Below, piece after piece: positions 48,747 through 57,276 of a stretch of DNA of 64,000 nt; the first letter of the stretch is position 1, and every line of letters begins with the position of its first letter. Position numbers and translations under genes: made by a program. The stretch is from Candidatus Microgenomatus sp. (GTDB taxonomy: Bacteria > Patescibacteriota > Microgenomatia > UBA8517). The notes under the pieces were generated by a model that saw nothing but the letters and a program-made list of their open reading frames with translations, did no database searches and was not told where the DNA came from. The stretch is taken from assembly GCA_020724585.1 (NCBI GenBank), contig DYGS01000001.1:2893-66892 (forward strand), written 5' to 3'.

Positions 48747-49123
48747 TGACGAACAACTTACTAGCTGGTGGTGGTGTTCCAAATACCATAACCAATCCAA
48801 TTTTTAAGGGAAGTATTTTTGACGCCATGATTTCAACAGAAGATGGTGGATATATTTTTTTTGGTACAGTTATTCCCAATCTAGTTGGTCTAATTTTTGT
48901 TGCAGGCGTGGTTGTTTTTATCTTTACATTTTTAATTGGAGCGTTTTCCTATATAATTTCCGGGGGGGACAAAACCAAGGTTGAAGGGGCAAAAGGTAGA
49001 ATTACTAGCGCACTTATAGGTATTGTTTTGCTATTATCTTCGTTTTTAATAATACAGTTGGTTGAAACATTTTTCAAAATAGATATTTTAACTATTGACA
49101 TAGGTCCATTGGTTATTCAATAA
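48746..49123 (+). CDS. VirB2/TrbC-like pilin
   Basis: YIISGGDKTKVEGAKGRITSALIG. Confidence 0.78.
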   Translation: MTNNLLAGGGVPNTITNPIFKGSIFDAMISTEDGGYIFFGTVIPNLVGLIFVAGVVVFIFTFLIGAFSYIISGGDKTKVEGAKGRITSALIGIVLLLSSFLIIQLVETFFKIDILTIDIGPLVIQ

Positions 49124-49135
49124 TACTTATTAGAT

Positions 49136-49486
49136 ATGAAGGATTTAGCAACAACAGCTTATTTATTAGCAGAGGAAAAAATCAATCTTCAGCCTGGCAA
49201 GGGAATTGCAGGTGAATTACAAGGTTTAAAACTTGACAACTTAGTTGGTGGTTTTCTAAATCTTATTTTGGTATTAGCCGCGTTGGTTTTCTTCTTTATT
49301 TTGGTTATAGGTGGAGTTAAATATATAGCTTCTGGTGGTGACAAAACCCATACTGAGGCTGCTCGAAGTCAAATTACAGCTGCTTTAATAGGTTTAGTTA
49401 TAGTTTTTGCAGCTTGGGCAATAGCTTCACTTATTGGAACATTCTTTGGAATAAACATATTCCAACTTGAAATACCAACAGTTTAA
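49136..49486 (+). CDS. VirB2/TrbC-like pilin
   Basis: GGVKYIASGGDKTHTEAARSQITAALIGL. Confidence 0.78.
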   Translation: MKDLATTAYLLAEEKINLQPGKGIAGELQGLKLDNLVGGFLNLILVLAALVFFFILVIGGVKYIASGGDKTHTEAARSQITAALIGLVIVFAAWAIASLIGTFFGINIFQLEIPTV

Positions 49487-49534
49487 CTAATTCTTCACTT
49501 GTTCAAATATCTAGTTTAAGTTACACTAATTGTT

Positions 49535-49819
49535 ATGCAGCCACCAACATTAGACAAATTAGAAGGTGTTTTTACAAATTTAGTTTCAACACTTGTTGCA
49601 ATTGGTGCTTTTGGGCTTTTAATTATGCTTCTTTTGGGTGGTTTTAAATATTTGACATCCGGGGGCGATCAAAAAGCCGCCGAGGGAGCAAAAAATACTC
49701 TATCATATGCAATTGGAGGATTTTTGCTTCTCGCGGGTTCTTACTTAATTCTAAAAATCATTGAGAAAATTACAGGTGTGACTGATATTACACAATTTAA
49801 AATTTTTAAAGCTAATTAA
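49535..49819 (+). CDS. VirB2/TrbC-like pilin
   Basis: GGFKYLTSGGDQKAAEGAKNTLSYAIGG. Confidence 0.78.
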   Translation: MQPPTLDKLEGVFTNLVSTLVAIGAFGLLIMLLLGGFKYLTSGGDQKAAEGAKNTLSYAIGGFLLLAGSYLILKIIEKITGVTDITQFKIFKAN

Positions 49820-49829
49820 TAAATGTCTA

Positions 49830-52313
49830 ATGAAAAACCTGTCTAAATTATCCTACTTCCTTTTATTTTTTCTATTTTTTGCCTTACTTATTGCCCATTA
49901 TTTGTTGAACACAACTATTGCTAAAGCTCAAGTTCCTGGTTTGAAATTTCCCTGCGATCAAACTGATGAGAATGAATTTAACACACTAAGACCCTACCAA
50001 GCCTCTCCATGTTCGGATGGCCCAAAAGCACTTTTCTGCAGTAATAAATTAGTAATTTTTGAAAATTTTCAACTAAAGGAAGAATGTAGAAGCCAGAAAA
50101 CTGGTTGTCCTAACTGTGACTGGACCTGTAACCTAAATTACCAGGTTGAGCCGCACAATTTAAATATCACACTTGACGAATCCGAATTACCAATCATGGG
50201 AAATACCCAAGATGATTTTGACAATGCCACAAAACTTAACGAATATGCCAGCTGGTATTTATCAGGCATTGATAGCACCGGTTCAACGGGCGAAACAACA
50301 GATGATCGAGTTGTCAATTTTTCAGGTCCAATTAACAAACTTTTGCCCCAAATGATACAAGATGCCGAAAGAAAAAGAACAATAGCTAGGGCCACAAATG
50401 AAAGGGAATATACAACCGATGACGATCAAGGTAAGTCAAGCCAAGTTACTTCTGTTGAAATGCATAACCAAATAGTTGCTTGCGGCGATGTATTCAAACT
50501 TTTTGGAATTTGGGATATCGGCCAGATTAAGCCTACTGATTGCTATAACGGCAATGAAAAAATAAGATTAAAGGACTGGATTGACGGAGATTTGTCTGAT
50601 TTTAATAAACTCATAAACAGGCTGGGCGGAGATGTCTGGAACAAGAGATATCCCCCTCTACCTTGGGCAGATGAAAATAATAAACCTTTTGAAAGCCAGA
50701 CAGCTTACCAAAAAGCATATCGAGAATGGAGAGGAGCATCTTGCATTACTATTCCAGGTATTGATAAAAATCTCTGTTTAGATAACCCTTTTGTACCAAA
50801 CAAGTGGGCTAAACTTTATCCCTATATACCTCTTTCATCTACAACCGATGTTGAAGGAAAAAATTATCTTTTAACAGGAGATGGACCGAATTATGTTCCG
50901 TCTCAAGGTACAGGGATTGAGAATGCACAGCATAAAAGTTATAAAAACGCCCCTCTCTATTTACCCCATTTACAGGAAGTCTATGACCTATCACAAATTT
51001 TGAATAAAACTTTTAGGCCGCAAGAATATGAAAGTGAGCCCTTACCCAAAACAACAGAGAAACTCAAAAAAGGTATTTCCACTAAAAGCGAAGATCTTTT
51101 GGGGCGTAATTCTGACCCAAAGCCAAATGACCAATTTGCATCCAGAGATCCCTACTCAACACTAGATTGCTCAGCAGTAAATGTTAGGGTAAATGAAGGG
51201 GATGATATTTTCCCGGGTGATAGACCAAGCGAACAAGAATTGTATGTTGAAGGAGTTGAGTACACAATCACTCAAGTTGAGTGCCATGAAGAAAATAGAA
51301 TAGAGTGTTTGCCAATTGGACCAGACCCAATACCCTGTACACGAAGAACAATAAATATACTAAATTGCCCCGCCCAAGTTGGAATAGAGTTTAAACTGGG
51401 GACAAAAACTCCACTTGCTGATGAAATTTTTTCTCAAACAGTTGCAGATTCAGGCAGTACCTTTAGAAAAATATTTCCAAAAGTAGAAGAGGGTGCCCCA
51501 GTTGAATGTATTGCAGATATTCCAACAACAACAAATGTAACATATAGCATTGATAACCCATTACACCAAGTTCCTGCAGGCGGTGAACAAGAATTCAAAC
51601 AAACATCATATCCAGCTGATGGAGCAAACAGTGGAACACAACTTACATTCCCCCACATAGGTTCTGTCTATGAATACTTTTTAAAAGGAATTCAAACCGC
51701 CTTAAGGCCAAAAGGTTTTGGCGAACCAATAGCAAATGGAAATTGTAAACCAACTGAGGAGGAAGAAGAATCAACATGTAAGGAAGATGTCCCAGACTCG
51801 GCAGTAAACAATAAATATTTGGGTCAATTCAAAACTAATTTTATTGATTTAGCAAACAGATGGAGTCAAAAGTGTCCTGGCGGAGAAAACAATATGGCTG
51901 AAAAATGCTACAATTTTGTAGCAAGTGAGGCCCAAAAGGCGGGTGTTAATCCAGCTTTTGTTTTAACAATCTGGCTCAACGAATCGGGCGCAAGTAACTA
52001 TTGTGAAGGAGGTACAACCACTCAAGACTTTGGTATGAACCTTCCATCAATTTATCAAAACATTTCCGAGCAACTTAAAAAGTTCTTAGATTTTGCTAAA
52101 GTAAAGTGGTGTGATGGACAGTCGGGTTTTGTTGAGCCCATGCATGGGTGGCTTAGTAGATTTCAAAGTTCTGCGGGAGTATGTAATCCAAACGATCCAG
52201 TTGCAACACAATACTACCATGATGTTATGAATACCACATGGAGCTGGGTTACTGGATGCACTACTGGAGGTAAATTTGGAATTCAGTGGCCCACAGATGG
52301 AAACTGTCCGTAA
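49830..52313 (+). CDS. Large secreted Cys-rich protein, possible C-terminal lysozyme-like domain
   Basis: Signal peptide (AKA-Q), many Cys; AQKAGVNPAFVLTIWLNES resembles the lytic transglycosylase catalytic helix. Confidence 0.6.
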   Translation: MKNLSKLSYFLLFFLFFALLIAHYLLNTTIAKAQVPGLKFPCDQTDENEFNTLRPYQASPCSDGPKALFCSNKLVIFENFQLKEECRSQKTGCPNCDWTCNLNYQVEPHNLNITLDESELPIMGNTQDDFDNATKLNEYASWYLSGIDSTGSTGETTDDRVVNFSGPINKLLPQMIQDAERKRTIARATNEREYTTDDDQGKSSQVTSVEMHNQIVACGDVFKLFGIWDIGQIKPTDCYNGNEKIRLKDWIDGDLSDFNKLINRLGGDVWNKRYPPLPWADENNKPFESQTAYQKAYREWRGASCITIPGIDKNLCLDNPFVPNKWAKLYPYIPLSSTTDVEGKNYLLTGDGPNYVPSQGTGIENAQHKSYKNAPLYLPHLQEVYDLSQILNKTFRPQEYESEPLPKTTEKLKKGISTKSEDLLGRNSDPKPNDQFASRDPYSTLDCSAVNVRVNEGDDIFPGDRPSEQELYVEGVEYTITQVECHEENRIECLPIGPDPIPCTRRTINILNCPAQVGIEFKLGTKTPLADEIFSQTVADSGSTFRKIFPKVEEGAPVECIADIPTTTNVTYSIDNPLHQVPAGGEQEFKQTSYPADGANSGTQLTFPHIGSVYEYFLKGIQTALRPKGFGEPIANGNCKPTEEEEESTCKEDVPDSAVNNKYLGQFKTNFIDLANRWSQKCPGGENNMAEKCYNFVASEAQKAGVNPAFVLTIWLNESGASNYCEGGTTTQDFGMNLPSIYQNISEQLKKFLDFAKVKWCDGQSGFVEPMHGWLSRFQSSAGVCNPNDPVATQYYHDVMNTTWSWVTGCTTGGKFGIQWPTDGNCP

Positions 52314-52321
52314 AATATAAA

Positions 52322-53155
52322 TTAGATAGTTATATAATACTTCCCCCCACTTTCAGTAATTAAGCCTTTTATACCCATAATTGAAAGTGTTGTTCCTGTT
52401 TCCTCAATCCTCATTCCTGTTTTTCTTGCAATTTCGTCAATTTCCAATGGCTCAAGTTGTAGAATTTTATAAATTCGTTCTTCCTGTTTTGGCAGTTCTG
52501 GTCTATTTTTAATTTGTAATTTGTCATTTATAATTTGGCATTCCGCGATATCCTTCGCGGCCGTTGCCATCTTTGCATCTCCACTTTTAATTAATTCGTT
52601 ACACCCTACAGATACTCTTGAATTAATAGGCCCGGGAATTGCCCAAACTTTTTTACCTGCCTTTTTAGCTAGTTTGGCAGTTACCAAACTTCCACTGTTT
52701 TCACTTGCCTCAATAACCAAAACTCCAAGTGAAGCAAGATTTACAACTACTTTATTTCTTTGAGGATATTTCCACATACTAGGTTTAGCATTATCCTCAT
52801 ATTCAGAAACAATTGATCCACCTGATTTTATAATCTCATCATATAACTTTTTGTTTTCGGGTGGATAAATATGGTTTAGACCGCAACCAAACACTGCAAT
52901 GTGTTTTCCCCCATATTCCAATGTTTTTAATGCGACTTCTGTATCCACACCATACATAAAACCAGAAATTGTAGTTATGCTATTTGCAACTAAATCACAA
53001 ACAAATTTATCTACAACATCCCTTCCATATCTTGTCATCTGTCTACTTCCAACAATTGCAATTGAATTGGCAATTAAATTATTTGGATCCTCCCCACGAT
53101 AATTTAACTTCTTTTTTGTCTTCCCTGTTTTAATCTCTGTTGTTTTTGTTTCCAT
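52322..53155 (-). CDS. dprA: DNA-processing protein DprA
   Basis: IAIVGSR...SGFMYGVD...YPQRN...EASENSGSLVTA...GCNELIK; C-terminal winged helix. Confidence 0.93.
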   Translation of the reverse strand: METKTTEIKTGKTKKKLNYRGEDPNNLIANSIAIVGSRQMTRYGRDVVDKFVCDLVANSITTISGFMYGVDTEVALKTLEYGGKHIAVFGCGLNHIYPPENKKLYDEIIKSGGSIVSEYEDNAKPSMWKYPQRNKVVVNLASLGVLVIEASENSGSLVTAKLAKKAGKKVWAIPGPINSRVSVGCNELIKSGDAKMATAAKDIAECQIINDKLQIKNRPELPKQEERIYKILQLEPLEIDEIARKTGMRIEETGTTLSIMGIKGLITESGGKYYITI

Positions 53156-53168
53156 AATATCAACTAAT

Positions 53169-53237
53169 TGTCATTGCGAACGCAGTGAAGCAATCTATTG
53201 TTGTGGATTGCCATGTCGCAAGCTCCTCGCAATGACA
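53169..53237. repeat. REP/RPE-like intergenic palindrome
   Basis: TGTCATTGCGA...TCGCAATGACA 11-bp terminal inverted repeat with inner GCAATC/GATTGC stem. Confidence 0.8.
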
Positions 53238-53242
53238 CAGAT

Positions 53243-53647
53243 TCAAAAACTTATATTCTCGTAATGAGTTATTCTGCCCGTCTCCTCTACTATACAAATT
53301 GCATCTATTTGATACCTGTCATAAGTTTTGGCGATATCAGGGTTATTTAATAAATACATTTCCGCAGTTCTTTGAACCTGCATCAACTTATTTTTTCCTA
53401 TCATTTCTTCAGGCGTTCCATAATCTTCTGTTTGTTTAAATTTAACTTCCACAAAAACCAAAATCGCCTGCCCTGAGGGCATTCGGCTGAGCTCAGTCGT
53501 AGCCCCTGCCCAACGTGTAGCAATAATATCTAATTCACCAAATTTGGTTGAATTATTTTGGTCAATTATCTGATAGCCATGGTCAATTAGCCATTTAACT
53601 GCTAATTCTTCGCCTTGATTTCCTTTTAACCTATTAAATTGCTTCAT
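53243..53647 (-). CDS. yraN: YraN-family nuclease (with in-frame palindromic insert)
   Basis: G..GEELA..WL..GY, GELDIIA, LVFVEVK, HYEN. Confidence 0.9.
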   Translation of the reverse strand: MKQFNRLKGNQGEELAVKWLIDHGYQIIDQNNSTKFGELDIIATRWAGATTELSRMPSGQAILVFVEVKFKQTEDYGTPEEMIGKNKLMQVQRTAEMYLLNNPDIAKTYDRYQIDAICIVEETGRITHYENISF

Positions 53648-53673
53648 GTTGACAAATTGTGTATAATGCAGTT

Positions 53674-53748
53674 AAGGTAAGCCGAGAGTTAAGCGGAACC
53701 CACGCGTAAAAGCGGGTGGTGATGTCGACAACTTTCGGTTTATTTTTT
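53674..53748 (+). ncRNA. Candidate small structured RNA convergent with a DUF3800-like gene
   Basis: TTGCTT-N17-TATAAT upstream; 11-bp outer stem 53680-53690/53730-53740, inner ACCC.CGC/GCGGGT stem, T-tract. Confidence 0.45.
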
Positions 53749-54201
53749 TAAATTCCAATACTTTATAATGTCTTCGTATTTTAAAACTAGCGCTTTACTC
53801 TTGTCTTTTCTTCTGTGAATACTCCACGCCAATTTATGTGACGGAGAATGTTTTCCAACTCTGACAAAAAATATTTGTGGTTTATTAATAATCTTTGAAA
53901 TTGCAAATAATTTGTATATTGTTTCTTTTATAAATTTATCTCTATTTGAATATTCCTCGTCAATTTCTAATTTAGTTATGTTTTTACTGAATTTAATTAT
54001 CAATATGAAGATCATTGTTGCGAACACTGTTTGAATTAAATCCGACCGTGCAACAATTGTTTTTCTTAAGAACTTTACTAATTTTATTTTTTCTGAAACA
54101 GATATATAAACTGCGCCGCAAAAATGGTTGGCGAGAGAAATAACGGTGTGGGTGTTTAAGTGTTCTAATTTTCCACTTTGATCAACTTCAGCTTTCATCA
54201 T
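53740..54201 (-). CDS. Hypothetical protein, DUF3800-like (RNase H-fold start motif)
   Basis: EVDQSGK resembles the xIDESG motif; IDEEY. Confidence 0.5.
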   Translation of the reverse strand: MMKAEVDQSGKLEHLNTHTVISLANHFCGAVYISVSEKIKLVKFLRKTIVARSDLIQTVFATMIFILIIKFSKNITKLEIDEEYSNRDKFIKETIYKLFAISKIINKPQIFFVRVGKHSPSHKLAWSIHRRKDKSKALVLKYEDIIKYWNLKK

Positions 54202-55757
54202 TATTCATTTCTAACACGATATTGCAACGCTTCAGCAACATGATTTGGAAGAATCCGATTGGTTCGGCTTCGCTCACCACCCTCAGCTACGCTGAGGTCT
54301 GCAATTGTTTGGGAAACTTTTATCAGTCTAAAATAAGTTCTGGCTGATAGATTATATGTATTTACAGCTTGTTTAAGTAAAACTAAAGCTTCCGGAGCAA
54401 TATCAACAAATTCCTTAATGTGTTTATTTTTCATGTTGGCATTGGTATAAAATGACAAGCCTTTAAATCTTTTATTCTGAATTTCTCTAGCCTTAACCAC
54501 TTCTTCTCTTATTTGTTTTGAGTTTTTAGCTATTCGCTTTTCGCTATTCGCTATCAGCTTATTAACATCGACAGCTGGTACATTCAAATGCAAGTCAATT
54601 CTATCCATTAAAGGTCCAGAAAGTCTTGATTGATAATTCATAACCATTCTTGGTGTACATATGCATTCTCTTTTGGGATCACCCAAGTAGCCACAAGGGC
54701 AAGGGTTAGCGGCCGCAATTAACATAAAACTTGCAGGAAAATTAACACTTCCTGCAATTCTGGTTATTGAAACCTTTCTATCTTCCAAAGGTTGTCTTAA
54801 GGCTTCCAAGGTTCCTCTTGAAAACTCAGGAAACTCATCCAAAAACAAAACTCCATTATGGGCAAGCGATATTTCCCCCGGATGTGGGTTTGTTCCTCCT
54901 CCAATTAAGCCTATTAAACTGGTTGTGTGGTGTGCAGTTCTAAATGGACGATTTCGAATTAACCCCTCTCCTGCAGGAATAAGCCCTGAAACAGAATAAA
55001 TTTTAGTAACTTCTAATGCTTCATCTTCGTTTAAAGGTGGCAATATACCTGCCGTGGCCCGAGCCAGCATTGTTTTACCTGCCCCAGGAGTTCCAACTAA
55101 AAATATATTGTGTCCTCCCGCAGCTGCGATTGTCATTGCTCTTTTTGCCGACTCTTGGCCAATAATTTCTGCAAAGTCAAACTCGACAGAACAGTACTCA
55201 GTACTTAGTACAGAGTACTTAGAACTTTTGATTTTCTCAATTTTCTTCAATCCATTTAAATGTGCAATTAATTCTGAGAGTGATTTAACAGGATAAACAT
55301 CAATTCCAGATAAAACTGATGCTTCATTGGCAGATTCACTTGGGACAAAAACACTTTTAATCCCCTTTTGTTTTGCAGCCAGTCCTAAAAGAAAAACTCC
55401 TTTGGTATGTCTTAGTCCTCCATCAAGTGAAAGTTCACCATAGAAAAAACTTTTTTCGATCGGTAACTTAACAAGTTCCATTGAAGCCAAAATTCCAATT
55501 GCGATAGGAAGATCATACAAAGATCCCTCTTTGGGAATATCAGCAGGAGCAAGATTAACTACAATTTTCTGATTTGGAAAATCAATGTCTGAATTTAAAA
55601 TTGCAGTTTTTACTCTTTCTTTTGCTTCTTCTATAGATTTATTGGGAAGTCCAATTATTGAAAATCCGGGGAATCCTTTTTTGAAAACATTAACTTCAAC
55701 CTCAATTAAATTTGGAGTTAATCCAAAATGCGACGCCGAAAGTATCTTCGTGAGCAT
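54201..55757 (-). CDS. comM: YifB/ComM Mg-chelatase-like AAA+ helicase
   Basis: VNLAPAD, GTPGAGKT, GEISLAHNGVLFLDE, NPCPCG, SGPLMDRID, EALQYR. Confidence 0.95.
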   Translation of the reverse strand: MLTKILSASHFGLTPNLIEVEVNVFKKGFPGFSIIGLPNKSIEEAKERVKTAILNSDIDFPNQKIVVNLAPADIPKEGSLYDLPIAIGILASMELVKLPIEKSFFYGELSLDGGLRHTKGVFLLGLAAKQKGIKSVFVPSESANEASVLSGIDVYPVKSLSELIAHLNGLKKIEKIKSSKYSVLSTEYCSVEFDFAEIIGQESAKRAMTIAAAGGHNIFLVGTPGAGKTMLARATAGILPPLNEDEALEVTKIYSVSGLIPAGEGLIRNRPFRTAHHTTSLIGLIGGGTNPHPGEISLAHNGVLFLDEFPEFSRGTLEALRQPLEDRKVSITRIAGSVNFPASFMLIAAANPCPCGYLGDPKRECICTPRMVMNYQSRLSGPLMDRIDLHLNVPAVDVNKLIANSEKRIAKNSKQIREEVVKAREIQNKRFKGLSFYTNANMKNKHIKEFVDIAPEALVLLKQAVNTYNLSARTYFRLIKVSQTIADLSVAEGGERSRTNRILPNHVAEALQYRVRNE

Positions 55758-55828
55758 TATAAAAAAGTATGATACAAAATATTACAAATTACAACCATTT
55801 GACAATAATATATAGTTTACAGTATACT

Positions 55829-55856
55829 GTTCCTAGTGTACTAGGAACTAGGAACT
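55829..55856. promoter_or_regulatory. Inverted-repeat operator just upstream of the HTH-PRTase gene
   Basis: GTTCCTAGT-GT-ACTAGGAAC plus an extra TAGGAAC; TTGACA...TATACT promoter directly upstream. Confidence 0.6.
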
Positions 55857-55860
55857 TTTT

Positions 55861-56832
55861 ATGACTACGAAGCTAAAGATATTACAATATTTGAATCGAA
55901 AGGGCGAAACAACAGGTAATGAGCTCTCAAACCATTTAGGTCTATCTGACAGGGCAATTCGAAAACAGTTGAAAAACTTGATTGAAGAAGGAAAAATTTC
56001 GAAAATAGGAATTCCTCCCAAAGTCTATTATTATTTAAGTGAGAGGAAAATGACAAAAGATACTCCATATTTAGATAAAAATACTGAAGAATTTATTAAT
56101 ACCAACTATTTATACATTTCTCCAATTGGCGAAAGACTTGATGGAGTAGCGGGATTCGTAGAATGGTGCAAAAAAACAAACCAATCCGTAGAAAAAACTG
56201 CAAAAAACTATGTTGAAACAATTAATAAATATTACAAGTTCAAAAGGCATGGGTTGATAAATGGAACATTAAAATTAAAAAATACATTTCAAAGAACTGG
56301 CCTTGAAAAACTTTATTACTTAGATTTTTATTCAATTGACAGGTTTGGGAAAACCAAACTTGGACAGATGCTTTTGTATGCAAAACAAAGTCAAAACAAA
56401 GCATTAATGAAAGAGATATCTACAAATATTCGTCCAAAAATTATGAGGTTAATTAAAAAACTTAATATCACAAGCATTGGGTTTATTCCCCCAACTGTTA
56501 AAAGACAATTCCAATTTATGAAAGAGTTGCAAAAAAATCTTAGACTTGATCAAAATATAATTACAATTTCAAAAGCAAAAATACCTTACATGACACCGCA
56601 AAAAACACTAACCAAACTTGAGGATAGAATAGAAAATGCAAAAAAAACAATAATCGTGGAGGATAATAATAAACATAAAAATATTCTTTTAATTGACGAC
56701 GCAGTTGGTTCTGGAGCAACATTAAATGAAACTGCTTTACAAATCAAAAGAAAAAAACTTTGTACAGGTAAAATCTACGGACTAGCAATAGTCGGTAGTT
56801 TTAAAGGTTTTGATGTAATCAGCGAAGTGTAA
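55861..56832 (+). CDS. Winged-HTH fused to a phosphoribosyltransferase-like domain
   Basis: ELSNHLGLSDRAIRKQLK; FIPPT; LLIDDAVGSGATL. Confidence 0.75.
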   Translation: MTTKLKILQYLNRKGETTGNELSNHLGLSDRAIRKQLKNLIEEGKISKIGIPPKVYYYLSERKMTKDTPYLDKNTEEFINTNYLYISPIGERLDGVAGFVEWCKKTNQSVEKTAKNYVETINKYYKFKRHGLINGTLKLKNTFQRTGLEKLYYLDFYSIDRFGKTKLGQMLLYAKQSQNKALMKEISTNIRPKIMRLIKKLNITSIGFIPPTVKRQFQFMKELQKNLRLDQNIITISKAKIPYMTPQKTLTKLEDRIENAKKTIIVEDNNKHKNILLIDDAVGSGATLNETALQIKRKKLCTGKIYGLAIVGSFKGFDVISEV

Positions 56833-56862
56833 TTAAATTCAAAATATTGTATTATATAACTA

Positions 56863-57267
56863 ATGCCTAACCTCAATACAACTAATAATTTAAAGCTAAG
56901 AACTAAGAGCTTAAAATCAAATAGCCTCAGAGATAGAACCTTTGACTTTTCTATTCAAATAATTAAATTAATTTCTAATTTTCCAAACAAAACTGTTTAT
57001 TGGAAGATTGGAGATCAATTATTGCGATCAGGAACAAGTATCGGTGCAAATGTTACAGAAGCTCAGGGCTCATTATCTAAAAAAGAATTTATTAGCTTTT
57101 ACCATATAGCTTTAAAAAGCGCCAAAGAAACTGTTTATTGGCTTGAGATACTGCAAAAGTCTAACTTGATTAAAGAATCAGAATTATCTTGGTTTATTGA
57201 TGAATCAAACCAATTAGTTAAAATGCTTACATCGAGTATACTTACATTAAAGAGAAATTTGAATTAA
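56863..57267 (+). CDS. Four-helix-bundle protein (IVS/Avd-like)
   Basis: QLLRSGTSIGANVTEA...F..IALKSAKETVYWL. Confidence 0.9.
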   Translation: MPNLNTTNNLKLRTKSLKSNSLRDRTFDFSIQIIKLISNFPNKTVYWKIGDQLLRSGTSIGANVTEAQGSLSKKEFISFYHIALKSAKETVYWLEILQKSNLIKESELSWFIDESNQLVKMLTSSILTLKRNLN

Positions 57268-57276
57268 AATAAAATT

